Source: Anaerolineaceae bacterium (GTDB taxonomy: Bacteria > Chloroflexota > Anaerolineae > Anaerolineales > Anaerolineaceae). Taken from it: 32,000 nucleotides of DNA. How positions within the stretch are numbered: the stretch's first letter is position 1; every line of letters starts with the position of its first letter. The notes below the pieces were generated by a model. It was not told where the DNA came from and did no database searches. It saw only the letters and a list, made by a program, of their open reading frames with translations. Location of the stretch: contig JAXGYU010000001.1 of the NCBI GenBank assembly GCA_040772085.1, positions 1,475,366 through 1,507,365 on the forward strand. Reading direction: 5' to 3'. Made by a program: the position numbers and the translations under genes. Below, piece after piece: positions 1 through 8,603 of the stretch.

Positions 1-1719
1 CATCGGATGGCCAGTCACAGGGATCAGGAAACCCCGATCTGGTATTTCCGGTGTCGGTGTGGGCGTAGGCTGCTCTTCCGGGGTATATGGCACGCAACTT
101 TCAAGATTATAGCCAGCCACGCTCGCCAGCAAACCAGACGCGATATCAATTGCCAGGTTACCGCTTTTTTCGGCGGTTACTGTAACATTCGTGACGGGAT
201 AATAAGTATTGGATGGGCTCGGGTCTTCATTAATAACATATTCATAACGGTAATGGCCTTTGGGCAGATCGTCCATCGTAATCGTGACCGTCTGGCTGGC
301 AGCGTCAAAACTTACCGGCGGATTGACCTCCCTTTCAGCGCCGTCCACAACGTGATAAACCTTAAATTCAGGTTCAACGAAGGTCGCATAGGACGCCAGC
401 TTGAATGTCACCGTGCCGTCGATATTGGTTACAAGCCGCAGCCCTTCCAGCAAGTTTGTCTGAAATTCCGCGAAGTCCGCTCCTTCATTATGGCTGATGA
501 AATAATTATCCTGCGACGCCATCTCTTTCATCGCAGTCTGCACGACTGGCTGCACATAAGGTCTGTAGGTTATTCCATTCAAATTGCCAGCAATGAAACG
601 CTTGATATCTTCCCAGTAAGCGGAAACAAAGGTCGCGTCTGAAAGTTGCCCGCCCATTTGTTCCGGCACGCCGCCAGTGGCTTTCATCTCGGCAGCTTTA
701 GCGACAACAGACCCCATCATACGAACGTAATCTTCCCACGGATCATAGGTGTATGCTGAAAAATCAACAACAGGTCCATCAGGACCAGACACCAACTCGT
801 ACATGAAAAAAGGTAGCAATGAAGTTGGCTCAGCAGGGTTTTTAATGTACCAGGTTTTACCATTTTCGTCGGTGAAGGTTCGATAAGGCACCTGAATACC
901 GTCGGCGTTTGTGTAGGTGTAAGTGCTTACCGTCGTATTCTCATCGTTCCAGTACCGTTCAAAGTAAGTTCGCGCTTTATCTTCATACACCCAGGTATAA
1001 CCACGATCAAGATGCGCGGTATTATCGGTGGGGATGGGCTCAGTGCCAGGTGGGAAGTTGGACATCTTGCCCGAATTTGCAACACCATCCGTAATCAGGA
1101 AGTAGATCGTATCGCGGTGTGTTTCGATATTATCTTCCAGGTAGTACGCCGAGTCATAAGGGTTTGTCGAGCCAAGCGACTCAGTATAGATTTTTTCCGC
1201 CAGCGCCAGTCCATCAATGGTGGGGGTGGCGCCTAATGGCGAGATCGCGTCAACAGCCGCATTCAGCACCGCAAGGTCTGTCGTCAGCGGTGTGTTAGTC
1301 AGTTTATAGCCAAACCAGTCGTAGTATTGATATTCGATATCACCATTTTCACGGGTGATACCAAACCCGGTAGACCCCTGGTAGGTGACCAGCATGGCCC
1401 GGTCTTTCGGATATCCATTAGCAGTCAGACCGAGGTCCAGCGATCCAAACATTTGTTTCAGGGTTTCTTTCACCTGTGGCATGGTCTGGGTAAAGGATCC
1501 GCTGGCATCCTGGATGATGACAACATCATAATAGTTCTGGTTCAAAGGCCAGACCAGATCGGAATTGCCCGCAAGGACGCGTTTGCAGTTTTCTTCATCA
1601 ACGGATGTCACCGCCATTGTGCTGGTAAATGGCACAGACGCCGCCAACGCGAAGGCAGTGTGACCAAGCAGCAGGCAGAATACCAAAAGGAAATAAAGGG
1701 GTGTTAGTCTTTTCTGCAT
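1..1719 (-). CDS. Secreted von Willebrand factor A (vWA) domain protein, partial (C-terminus beyond left edge)
   Basis: Minus-strand frame open from ATG at 1719 to base 1 with no stop, so absent from the ORF track. Signal-peptide-like start MQKRLTPLYFLLVFCLLLGHTAFALAA; MIDAS-like VVIIQDASGSF and FLITDG; tail EEQPTPTPTPEIPDRGFLIPVTGHPM. Confidence 0.8.
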   Translation of the reverse strand, partial: MQKRLTPLYFLLVFCLLLGHTAFALAASVPFTSTMAVTSVDEENCKRVLAGNSDLVWPLNQNYYDVVIIQDASGSFTQTMPQVKETLKQMFGSLDLGLTANGYPKDRAMLVTYQGSTGFGITRENGDIEYQYYDWFGYKLTNTPLTTDLAVLNAAVDAISPLGATPTIDGLALAEKIYTESLGSTNPYDSAYYLEDNIETHRDTIYFLITDGVANSGKMSNFPPGTEPIPTDNTAHLDRGYTWVYEDKARTYFERYWNDENTTVSTYTYTNADGIQVPYRTFTDENGKTWYIKNPAEPTSLLPFFMYELVSGPDGPVVDFSAYTYDPWEDYVRMMGSVVAKAAEMKATGGVPEQMGGQLSDATFVSAYWEDIKRFIAGNLNGITYRPYVQPVVQTAMKEMASQDNYFISHNEGADFAEFQTNLLEGLRLVTNIDGTVTFKLASYATFVEPEFKVYHVVDGAEREVNPPVSFDAASQTVTITMDDLPKGHYRYEYVINEDPSPSNTYYPVTNVTVTAEKSGNLAIDIASGLLASVAGYNLESCVPYTPEEQPTPTPTPEIPDRGFLIPVTGHPM

Positions 1720-1992
1720 TGTGTTTCTCCGATGTAAAGCAGGCTAAGGCCCCGGAACTGTTCAATTAATCAGATGATTAAATCATTGTACCATGTTTAA
1801 AAATAATAATTATTGATACTTTTTTTTCTGAACAATGGAGCGCTGTTCGCTGCAGGTGAATGAATGCTGACGACCCCGGCGTGAGCTTCGCTCGAGCCAG
1901 CGGTTCGTATGAAGCTCCATTTGACATTGGCATACGCATTTTGCTAAACTTTTTTCAATATCGGTTTTTATCAGTATTGAAAGGAGCGCAGG

Positions 1993-2985
1993 ATGAAAAC
2001 GTTTATCGCCACCACCGGCAATGGCATCGTCCGTGCCGAGCCGGCTGGCATTTCAGGCTGGCAAGTTGAGCGACTGCTTGAAGGAAATCATATCGCTTGT
2101 CTCACCGTCGATCCGCACGAACCTGGTGTCGTTTATGCCGGCACCGAGAAATCCGGTTTGCTGTGCTCGAACGACCGCGGCAAGACCTGGCAGTCTGCCG
2201 GGCTGTCTGACCGGAACGTCAAGGCGGTTCGGGTTAGCCCGGTCGTCCCCGGCATCATTTATGCCGGCACCAAGCCGGCCATGATGTTCGTCTCGCGCGA
2301 TCATGGGCGGCATTGGCAGGAGCTCTCCTCCTTCCGTAACATCCCCTCCCGCCGCTTCTGGTTTTCACCGGCAGAGAAGCCGCACAATGCGTACATTCAG
2401 GATATCGCCCTTTCGCCGACCGATGAGAATGTGATTCTGGCCGGCATTGAGGCGGGCGCGGTTGTCCGCAGCAGCGACGGCGGTCAGACGTGGGACGACC
2501 ATCGCAAAGGCGCTTTGCGTGACTGTCACAGCATCACTTTTCACCACTCGCAGGGCAACTGGGCGTATGAAGGCGGCGGGACTGGCGCCGGCAACGCCAT
2601 CAGCCAGGATGGCGGCGTGACCTGGAAACAGACAAGGGCGGAGAAAGGGCGCACCTATGGCTGGGCTTGCGCCGCCGATCCGCTGCAACCGCAGATCAGC
2701 TACTTCTCGGTCTCGCCTTCACCCTGGAAGGCTCACGGCAGCGGTGACGCGCAGGCTTATATCTTCAGGACGGATGCCGATGGGAACTGGGTGAAATTAG
2801 GCGGAGGGTTGCCGCAGCCGCTGAATTACATGCCCTACGCGCTGCTGACTGACCCTGAGGCGCCCGGTCACCTGTATGCCGGCCTGGGCAATGGCGATAT
2901 CTGGCACTCAGTCGATCACGGCGATAACTGGCAGAAACTGCCTCTTACCCTGGGCACGGTCAACATGGTGATGATCATGCTCTGA
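1993..2985 (+). CDS. BNR/Asp-box repeat beta-propeller protein (sialidase/VPS10-like fold)
   Basis: Repeated Asp-box motifs SNDRGKTW, SRDHGRHW, SSDGGQTW, SQDGGVTW, SVDHGDNW spaced through a 330 aa ORF. Confidence 0.85.
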   Translation: MKTFIATTGNGIVRAEPAGISGWQVERLLEGNHIACLTVDPHEPGVVYAGTEKSGLLCSNDRGKTWQSAGLSDRNVKAVRVSPVVPGIIYAGTKPAMMFVSRDHGRHWQELSSFRNIPSRRFWFSPAEKPHNAYIQDIALSPTDENVILAGIEAGAVVRSSDGGQTWDDHRKGALRDCHSITFHHSQGNWAYEGGGTGAGNAISQDGGVTWKQTRAEKGRTYGWACAADPLQPQISYFSVSPSPWKAHGSGDAQAYIFRTDADGNWVKLGGGLPQPLNYMPYALLTDPEAPGHLYAGLGNGDIWHSVDHGDNWQKLPLTLGTVNMVMIML

Positions 2986-2999
2986 TGCGCTGGGGCCGG

Positions 3000-3323
3000 T
3001 CAGCCAATAAACCGGTCGAGTGACTTATTGAAATCCTTGAAGGCGCTCTCATAATCGCCTTCTTCGACAGCACGCACTAGGCAGCTTTGCATATGGTCTT
3101 CAAGCACCAGTCTGCCAACACTATTCAATGCTGCCCTGACCGCCGCGATCTGTACCAGCACGTCCGGACAAGGGGTATCCTCTTCCACCATGCGCTTGAC
3201 CGCGCGCACATGACCTTCGATGCGTGCCAGTCGTTTGATGACGCGCTCACGCTGCTGGTGGGGATGTGAGTGCTCTGCCTCTGGTCCATTTTCCTTGGGG
3301 GTAACAACTGCTTTCTTGTTGAT
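3000..3323 (-). CDS. csoR: CsoR/FrmR-family metal-sensing transcriptional repressor (start codon uncertain)
   Basis: Protein ERVIKRLARIEGHVRAVKRMVEEDTPCPDVLVQIAAVRAALNSVGRLVLEDHMQSCLVRAVEEG, with Cys...His-x3-Cys arrangement. The track starts at the internal GTG (3209), but homologous-looking sequence continues upstream to AAGGAG-TCTGAC-ATC at ~3323. No in-frame ATG/GTG/TTG there. Confidence 0.85.
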   Translation of the reverse strand: MNKKAVVTPKENGPEAEHSHPHQQRERVIKRLARIEGHVRAVKRMVEEDTPCPDVLVQIAAVRAALNSVGRLVLEDHMQSCLVRAVEEGDYESAFKDFNKSLDRFIG

Positions 3324-3324
3324 G

Positions 3325-5268
3325 TCAGACTCCTTTCGCCTTTTCCGGGTCGTACTGGATGATACGGGCTGAATTTGCCAGCGCGGGCAATGCCGAAACT
3401 TCGTGCATTACAGCGCCGACCACAGGCCCAATCACACCGAATCCGCCCAGAAACACCGAGAGCACATTCCAAGACATGGAGAAGAAGACATTCTGTTTGA
3501 TCGCCCGCAACGCCTGCTGTGATATCTTGATTACCTGCGGAATGCGCCGGATCTCATCCTGCATCAGACCAATGTCGGCGGTTTCGAGCGCTACGTCAGC
3601 GCCTGCCAAACCCATGGCGATACCAACATCCGCCGCTGCAAGCGCTGGCGCGTCATTGACGCCATCTCCAACAAACGCGACCTTCTTTCCGGTTGATTGT
3701 AATTCATTAAGAATACGCAGTTTATCCTGCGGCAGCACTTCGGCATACACTTTGGTGATGCCAAGCTCACGCCCGACCTGGTCCGCGACGCGGGTATTGT
3801 CGCCGGTGATCATCACCACTTCAGCGACGCCGAGCGCCAGCAGCCGCGAAATGACCTCTTTCGCATCCGGACGCGGCGTGTCTGCCATGGCGATCATCCC
3901 AGCCAGCGCCCCATTCACGCTGATGGGGATGACTGTCTGACCCAACGACTCGAGAGTTTGCATGATAGATTCCGATCTTTCCGACCACGTAACATCTTTG
4001 GTCCGCAGCAAGTTTCTGCTGCCAACGATGACCGTCTTGCCCTCTACTTTGGCTGTCACACCATAACCCGGCAAAGGCTGAAAGTCGGTCGGTTCACCAA
4101 GCGGCAGGCCTTTTTTACTGGCAGCAGTGACGATTGAGCGTCCTATGGGATGCTCGCTATAACGCTCAACTGCCGAGGCCAATGACAACAGCTCGTCTTC
4201 ATTCATCATGCTGAAAGTCACCACTTTTTGTACAACCGGTTTTCCTGTGGTCAGCGTGCCGGTCTTGTCGAAAGCGATTACGTCGACTTTGCCTACCTGC
4301 TCGATCACCCCGCCGGATTTGACAAGGATGCCGCGTCTGGCGGCATTGCCAATCGCCGCGACCACCGCGGTAGGGGTTGCCAGCACCAGCGAGCACGGAC
4401 AGACCACCACCAGCACCGTCACCGAGCGCATGATATCACCGGTGAGCAGGTACACCAGCACGGCGATGGACATGGTGACCGGGACAAGGATTTTGGCGTA
4501 CTTGTTCGCGACACGCTGTACAGGCGCCTGGTGTGACTGGGCATCCTTGACCAGCCTGACAATCTGACCCAGCGTCGTTTGTTCACCCAGCCGGGTAACG
4601 CGGATCTCGAGATAGCCAGCTTCGTTCATCGTACCAGCGTATACCTCGCTGCCCTCTTCCTTCTCAACCGGCATGGATTCACCTGTGATGGCAGACTGGT
4701 TGAGGGATGCGCTGCCTTTCAGCACAATCCCATCAACACCGAGCCGCTCACCTGTTTTCGCCAGGACAATATCATCCAGCATTACCTCAGCCAAAGTCAA
4801 GAGCTGCTCCTGTCCATCCCGTTTGACCCTGACCTGAGCCGGCACCAGTTTCGACAGATCCTGCAACGCCCGGTCAGCCCTGGCCACGGTGAAATTCTCG
4901 AGCCACTCGCCAATAGCCATCATGAAAACCACCAGCGCCGCCGCGGCATATTCACCAACGATGATGGCAGCAATCACAGCGATGGTCGCCATAACCCCGG
5001 CCGTGATATCACCGCGCAGGAACAAGCCCTTGGCGGCGAATAGAAACAAGGGGAAACCACCGACCAGCGCTGCAGCAAGATAGATCCACCTGGCGCTTTC
5101 CCGCCAGCCCAGCAACCAGACCACCACGCCGATGACAAGCAGCAATACATTGGCAAACGTCAGTAAGGTGTCACGCGAGAGCAGAAAACTACGGTAATGG
5201 GAGAAAAAATTGGTACGGTTTACCCGGCAGTCTTCGCAATCAAGTGCAGAGGCGGCTTGTATATCCAT
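3325..5268 (-). CDS. Heavy-metal translocating P1B-type ATPase
   Basis: 653 aa ORF (track end 5286; the likely ATG is internal, MDIQAASALDCEDC, after AAAGGA). Motifs CPCSLVLATP, DKTGTLTTGKP, SEHPIG, MITGDN, GDGVNDAPAL. No N-terminal HMA domain, only a short CxxC. Confidence 0.93.
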   Translation of the reverse strand: MDIQAASALDCEDCRVNRTNFFSHYRSFLLSRDTLLTFANVLLLVIGVVVWLLGWRESARWIYLAAALVGGFPLFLFAAKGLFLRGDITAGVMATIAVIAAIIVGEYAAAALVVFMMAIGEWLENFTVARADRALQDLSKLVPAQVRVKRDGQEQLLTLAEVMLDDIVLAKTGERLGVDGIVLKGSASLNQSAITGESMPVEKEEGSEVYAGTMNEAGYLEIRVTRLGEQTTLGQIVRLVKDAQSHQAPVQRVANKYAKILVPVTMSIAVLVYLLTGDIMRSVTVLVVVCPCSLVLATPTAVVAAIGNAARRGILVKSGGVIEQVGKVDVIAFDKTGTLTTGKPVVQKVVTFSMMNEDELLSLASAVERYSEHPIGRSIVTAASKKGLPLGEPTDFQPLPGYGVTAKVEGKTVIVGSRNLLRTKDVTWSERSESIMQTLESLGQTVIPISVNGALAGMIAMADTPRPDAKEVISRLLALGVAEVVMITGDNTRVADQVGRELGITKVYAEVLPQDKLRILNELQSTGKKVAFVGDGVNDAPALAAADVGIAMGLAGADVALETADIGLMQDEIRRIPQVIKISQQALRAIKQNVFFSMSWNVLSVFLGGFGVIGPVVGAVMHEVSALPALANSARIIQYDPEKAKGV

Positions 5269-5291
5269 AGGAAGTGATCCTTTCAATTTAT

Positions 5292-5310
5292 TATCCCCCT
5301 AGGGGGGATA
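5292..5310. promoter_or_regulatory. Predicted CsoR-type operator (G/C-tract palindrome)
   Basis: TATCCCCC-TA-GGGGGGATA, near-perfect inverted repeat upstream of the ATPase-csoR operon; resembles the known CsoR operator class. Confidence 0.7.
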
Positions 5311-5316
5311 GGGGTT

Positions 5317-5344
5317 ATTATATCACCCGCAGCCACAAGGACAA
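5317..5344 (-). promoter_or_regulatory. Predicted sigma70-like promoter of the ATPase-csoR operon
   Basis: Minus strand TTGTCC (5344-5339), 16 bp, TATAAT (5322-5317); the operator palindrome lies at the expected +1. Confidence 0.55.
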
Positions 5345-5454
5345 GGGAAATAGTTATCGTGCTTTCGATTCGATTGAGCTATGCTTAATGCCTGTACGGA
5401 TTTACAATTTTTGCATTCTATATTCTTAAATTGTCCGGCGGCATGGAGGGGAAG

Positions 5455-6630
5455 ATGACTGACCAAGCGAATTCAAGCAGCAAATATTGTCCATATTGCG
5501 GCGAGGAAGTGATCCCCGGTGCCGCGTTCTGTCCGCATTGCGGAAAGCCATTGGCATCCGAGCCCGCGCAAGCTGCCCCCGCGGCAGCCCAATCCGCCCC
5601 TGTTGAACCGGCAGCCATACCCGTCACGCCTGCCGCGCCGGTTTCGCCTGCTTCCGAAGTTGAAACCATTGCGCCGCCAAAAAAACGCAGCGCCTGTCTG
5701 ACCATTGTGGTGGTTCTGGTGCTCATCTCGCTCTGCCTCACCTGCCTGGGGATCGGCGGCTGGTTCATTTACAATCGCGACAGTTTCGCCGGTTTCTCAA
5801 TCGACCTGTCAGGAGCGACACCCACTGCCATCAGAGTACAGCCAACATTGCGCCCTCCCAATACGCCACAACCTCAGCCAACAGCAGCGGCAACACAGGC
5901 GCCCACAGTTGATATCCCCACCATGGAGCCGATGATGGCTACCATGGCTGCCAAAGCGAGCAGCCCGATCGCGTTCGACCAGAATGGGCTGGCCTTTACC
6001 TACTACCCCGAGATGGCCACTGGCGCCACCTTCATCCAGAAGGAAGAGGTGAATGATCCCAACCTGCCGCCCTGGGAGAGCGGCCCGAAAATGCGTGAGA
6101 TCACGCTCGAAGGATATGCTGACAGCATCCAGTACATCAAACCGGTGATTGAAGTGGCGGAAGTGGCCGACCTGCTGAAGATTAAACCTGGTATGCAGGA
6201 CATCTATAACCGGCTCAAGACCATGCTGGATTCGAACACCGCCGACGATGGCACGGTGCAGATGCCTTTTCTCAGTGAAACCAACGCCGGCCAGGCGCTG
6301 AGCAGCAATCACAAGCTGGTCAATTTCATGAACGGCAAGGGGCTGCGCTATATCACCTTCATGACGCAAGGTGTCGGCCCGATCAATAACGACTACCTGC
6401 TTTATATCTACCAGGGGCTGACGGCGGACGGCAAGTATTATGTCTCCGCGACCATGCCGATTTCTGCCAAGGCTCTGCCCGATCCCGCGACAGTGCCCGA
6501 CATGATGGACGATGTCGATGGCTATTACAAGCGCGTTAGCGATATGCTCGATCAGCAGCCAGCCAACGCCTTCACGCCTGACCTCGACTATCTGGATTTC
6601 TTCTTCATCTCATTCAATGTCAAGGAGTGA
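5455..6630 (+). CDS. Zinc-ribbon domain membrane protein of unknown function
   Basis: N-terminal CPYCG...CPHCG zinc ribbon, Ala/Pro-rich linker, one TM segment (ACLTIVVVLVLISLCLTCLGIGGWFIY), then an extracytoplasmic domain. GGAGG 5' of ATG 5455. Confidence 0.8.
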   Translation: MTDQANSSSKYCPYCGEEVIPGAAFCPHCGKPLASEPAQAAPAAAQSAPVEPAAIPVTPAAPVSPASEVETIAPPKKRSACLTIVVVLVLISLCLTCLGIGGWFIYNRDSFAGFSIDLSGATPTAIRVQPTLRPPNTPQPQPTAAATQAPTVDIPTMEPMMATMAAKASSPIAFDQNGLAFTYYPEMATGATFIQKEEVNDPNLPPWESGPKMREITLEGYADSIQYIKPVIEVAEVADLLKIKPGMQDIYNRLKTMLDSNTADDGTVQMPFLSETNAGQALSSNHKLVNFMNGKGLRYITFMTQGVGPINNDYLLYIYQGLTADGKYYVSATMPISAKALPDPATVPDMMDDVDGYYKRVSDMLDQQPANAFTPDLDYLDFFFISFNVKE

Positions 6631-6869
6631 CCCGCCGGCCGTTTCGAGCTGAGCAGTGTGCATGGATTGACAATAATGGACGGTTCATCGTTAAGATGCA
6701 TCGCCCATTATTTTTTTTCAATGGAAGCAAGAAACCCTATCTATCTGGGGAGTTCATCGATCAACTGATTGCACTTTTTCGCTTTTTTGACCTATAAGAG
6801 TCATAATATCCCTATAGCACGACATTATTCGTAGTCTTAATTAACGGTAGACCTCGGAAGGAGGATGCA

Positions 6870-7349
6870 ATGGAACATCATGATATGAAATCCGACCACA
6901 AGGGTCATGACATGTATCGCCGGCTGGCAATCATGTCTTTTTTGTCTTTCATCGCCATGTATCTGGTTATGTTTTCGATGATTGATACGTTGGGCAGCTT
7001 CTTCAATAACATCAACATGGTCTATATGGCAGGTCTGATGGTCGCGCCGATGCTGGTTCTGGAGTTGCTGCTGATGGGCGCGATGTATCCGGATAAACGG
7101 CGCAATGCCTTGATCATCGCCGGTACCGTCGTGATTGGGATCTTGTTGTTTGTATTTATCCGTCAGCAAACGCTGGTGGGCGACAAGCAGTTCGTCAGAT
7201 CGATGATCCCGCATCACTCGGGCGCCATTCTGATGTGCGAGCAGGCAGATTTGCAGGATGCGGAACTTCAAAGACTCTGCGATGAGATCATCGTCGCCCA
7301 GCAGCAGGAGATCGACCAGATGAAGGTGATTCTCAATAGGTTGGAGTAA
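6870..7349 (+). CDS. DUF305-like membrane protein
   Basis: Hydrophobic helices followed by FVRSMIPHHSGAILMCEQADLQDAELQRLCDEIIVAQQQEIDQMKVIL, typical of DUF305. Strong RBS GGAAGGAGG before ATG. Confidence 0.8.
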   Translation: MEHHDMKSDHKGHDMYRRLAIMSFLSFIAMYLVMFSMIDTLGSFFNNINMVYMAGLMVAPMLVLELLLMGAMYPDKRRNALIIAGTVVIGILLFVFIRQQTLVGDKQFVRSMIPHHSGAILMCEQADLQDAELQRLCDEIIVAQQQEIDQMKVILNRLE

Positions 7350-7355
7350 CGCCTC

Positions 7356-8411
7356 CTACCCCCAGATATCCCCCATGGTGTAGCCTTCCTGGAAGGGATC
7401 GTCGGGATCGAGCATGTATTGCGCGATGCCGGTGATCCACGCCTGACCGCTGATGGTCGGCACAACTGCCTTATAGGGCCCGACCTGCGTTTCCTCAATC
7501 AGCCGCCCGGTGAAGATTGTTCCCAGGATGCCCTCGTGGCGGAAGTCTTCGTTCAAACCCAGCAGACCTTTGGCGTGCAGCACCGCCATTTTAGCGCTGG
7601 TGCCTGTGCCGCACGGTGAGCGGTCGATGATGCCTTTCCATGTCGCCGGGCGATTCCAGTCCAGCTCGCCGGTCGAGACGATCACCGCGTTCTTGCGATG
7701 CGCGCCGGGCGCTGTGGCAGGTCCGGAGAGCTGCCCGATGGTGACGCCATTGAAGCCGGGCTGCTCGGGATGCACGACCGGGAGCTGTTCCTTCGCGGCA
7801 GCTTTGATCATCTCACCCACGCGCACAATCTCGCCGCCCTCCTCCGGGCGGATGGTGATGCCGAATTGATCGGCGTCAGCGATGACATAGAACATGCCGC
7901 CATACGCTACGTCCACCACCACTTTGCCCAGGTGCGGCACATCGATCGTCTCATTCACGTAAGCGGCAAAGGCCGGCACATTGCGGAAGGTGACCTGCTT
8001 GACCTTGCCGTTCTCGCACTCGGCGCGGATGCCCACCAGCCCTGCCGGCGACTCGAGATTGAATTCCGTCACAGGCTCAACCATCGGCAAAATGCCGGTC
8101 TCGAGCAGGACAGTAGCGACACAGATGGTATTGGTACCCGACATGCCGGGGTATTCCACCTGCTCCATGATCACATATCCGGCAGCGGCGTCAGGGCGCG
8201 TGGGAGGCAGGATGATGTTGCAGCAGGTAACCGGGTTACCGCGCGGCTCACGCAGCATCAGCTTACGCAGCCAGTCTACATGGTCGCGCAGGTAGACCAT
8301 TTTGTCATACATGCTGCCGCCAGGTACATCCGCTACACCGCCGACGATCACCCGACCGGGCTCACCGCAGGCGTGCGCGTCAACCGCATGAATCACCTTT
8401 GAAATCCGCAT
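7356..8411 (-). CDS. Proline racemase superfamily protein (hydroxyproline epimerase / dehydratase class)
   Basis: 351 aa; MRISKVIHAVDAHACGEPGRVIVGG; catalytic-region motifs GMSGTNTIC (Ser at first position) and DRSPCGTGTSAK (Cys at second). GGGAG RBS. Confidence 0.88.
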   Translation of the reverse strand: MRISKVIHAVDAHACGEPGRVIVGGVADVPGGSMYDKMVYLRDHVDWLRKLMLREPRGNPVTCCNIILPPTRPDAAAGYVIMEQVEYPGMSGTNTICVATVLLETGILPMVEPVTEFNLESPAGLVGIRAECENGKVKQVTFRNVPAFAAYVNETIDVPHLGKVVVDVAYGGMFYVIADADQFGITIRPEEGGEIVRVGEMIKAAAKEQLPVVHPEQPGFNGVTIGQLSGPATAPGAHRKNAVIVSTGELDWNRPATWKGIIDRSPCGTGTSAKMAVLHAKGLLGLNEDFRHEGILGTIFTGRLIEETQVGPYKAVVPTISGQAWITGIAQYMLDPDDPFQEGYTMGDIWG

Positions 8412-8452
8412 GTCACTCCCTCACGTAAGAAGATTCTCAATTGGCAAAGACG

Positions 8453-8468
8453 TTTGTAAACTTACAAA
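8453..8468. promoter_or_regulatory. Candidate operator in divergent intergenic region
   Basis: Perfect inverted repeat TTTGTAA-AC-TTACAAA between the divergently transcribed racemase-family gene and ygeY; a second perfect IR ATAATG-G-CATTAT at 8480-8492. Confidence 0.4.
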
Positions 8469-8603
8469 AAGAGTTGTGAATAATGGCATTATAGCGTTAT
8501 TCGTACGCAGCATGAACAAATAATGGCTGACGAAGATGAAAAGCGCCACTAGCCGCGCTTTGCTATAATCAACACAGACCGATTACGATTCCAAGGAGTT
8601 CGC

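Noticed and set aside
1735-1850. AT-rich segment with AATAATAATTATT upstream of the vWA gene as a metal-regulator box
   Set aside because: Palindrome short and low complexity; probably just a promoter-proximal AT tract.
1860-2069. 69 aa plus-strand ORF upstream of the BNR protein
   Set aside because: Overlaps the real gene out of frame and has no recognisable features.
3125-3472. 115 aa minus-strand ORF overlapping csoR and the ATPase 3' end
   Set aside because: Out of frame with both real genes and without family similarity; its presence only reflects missing stops.
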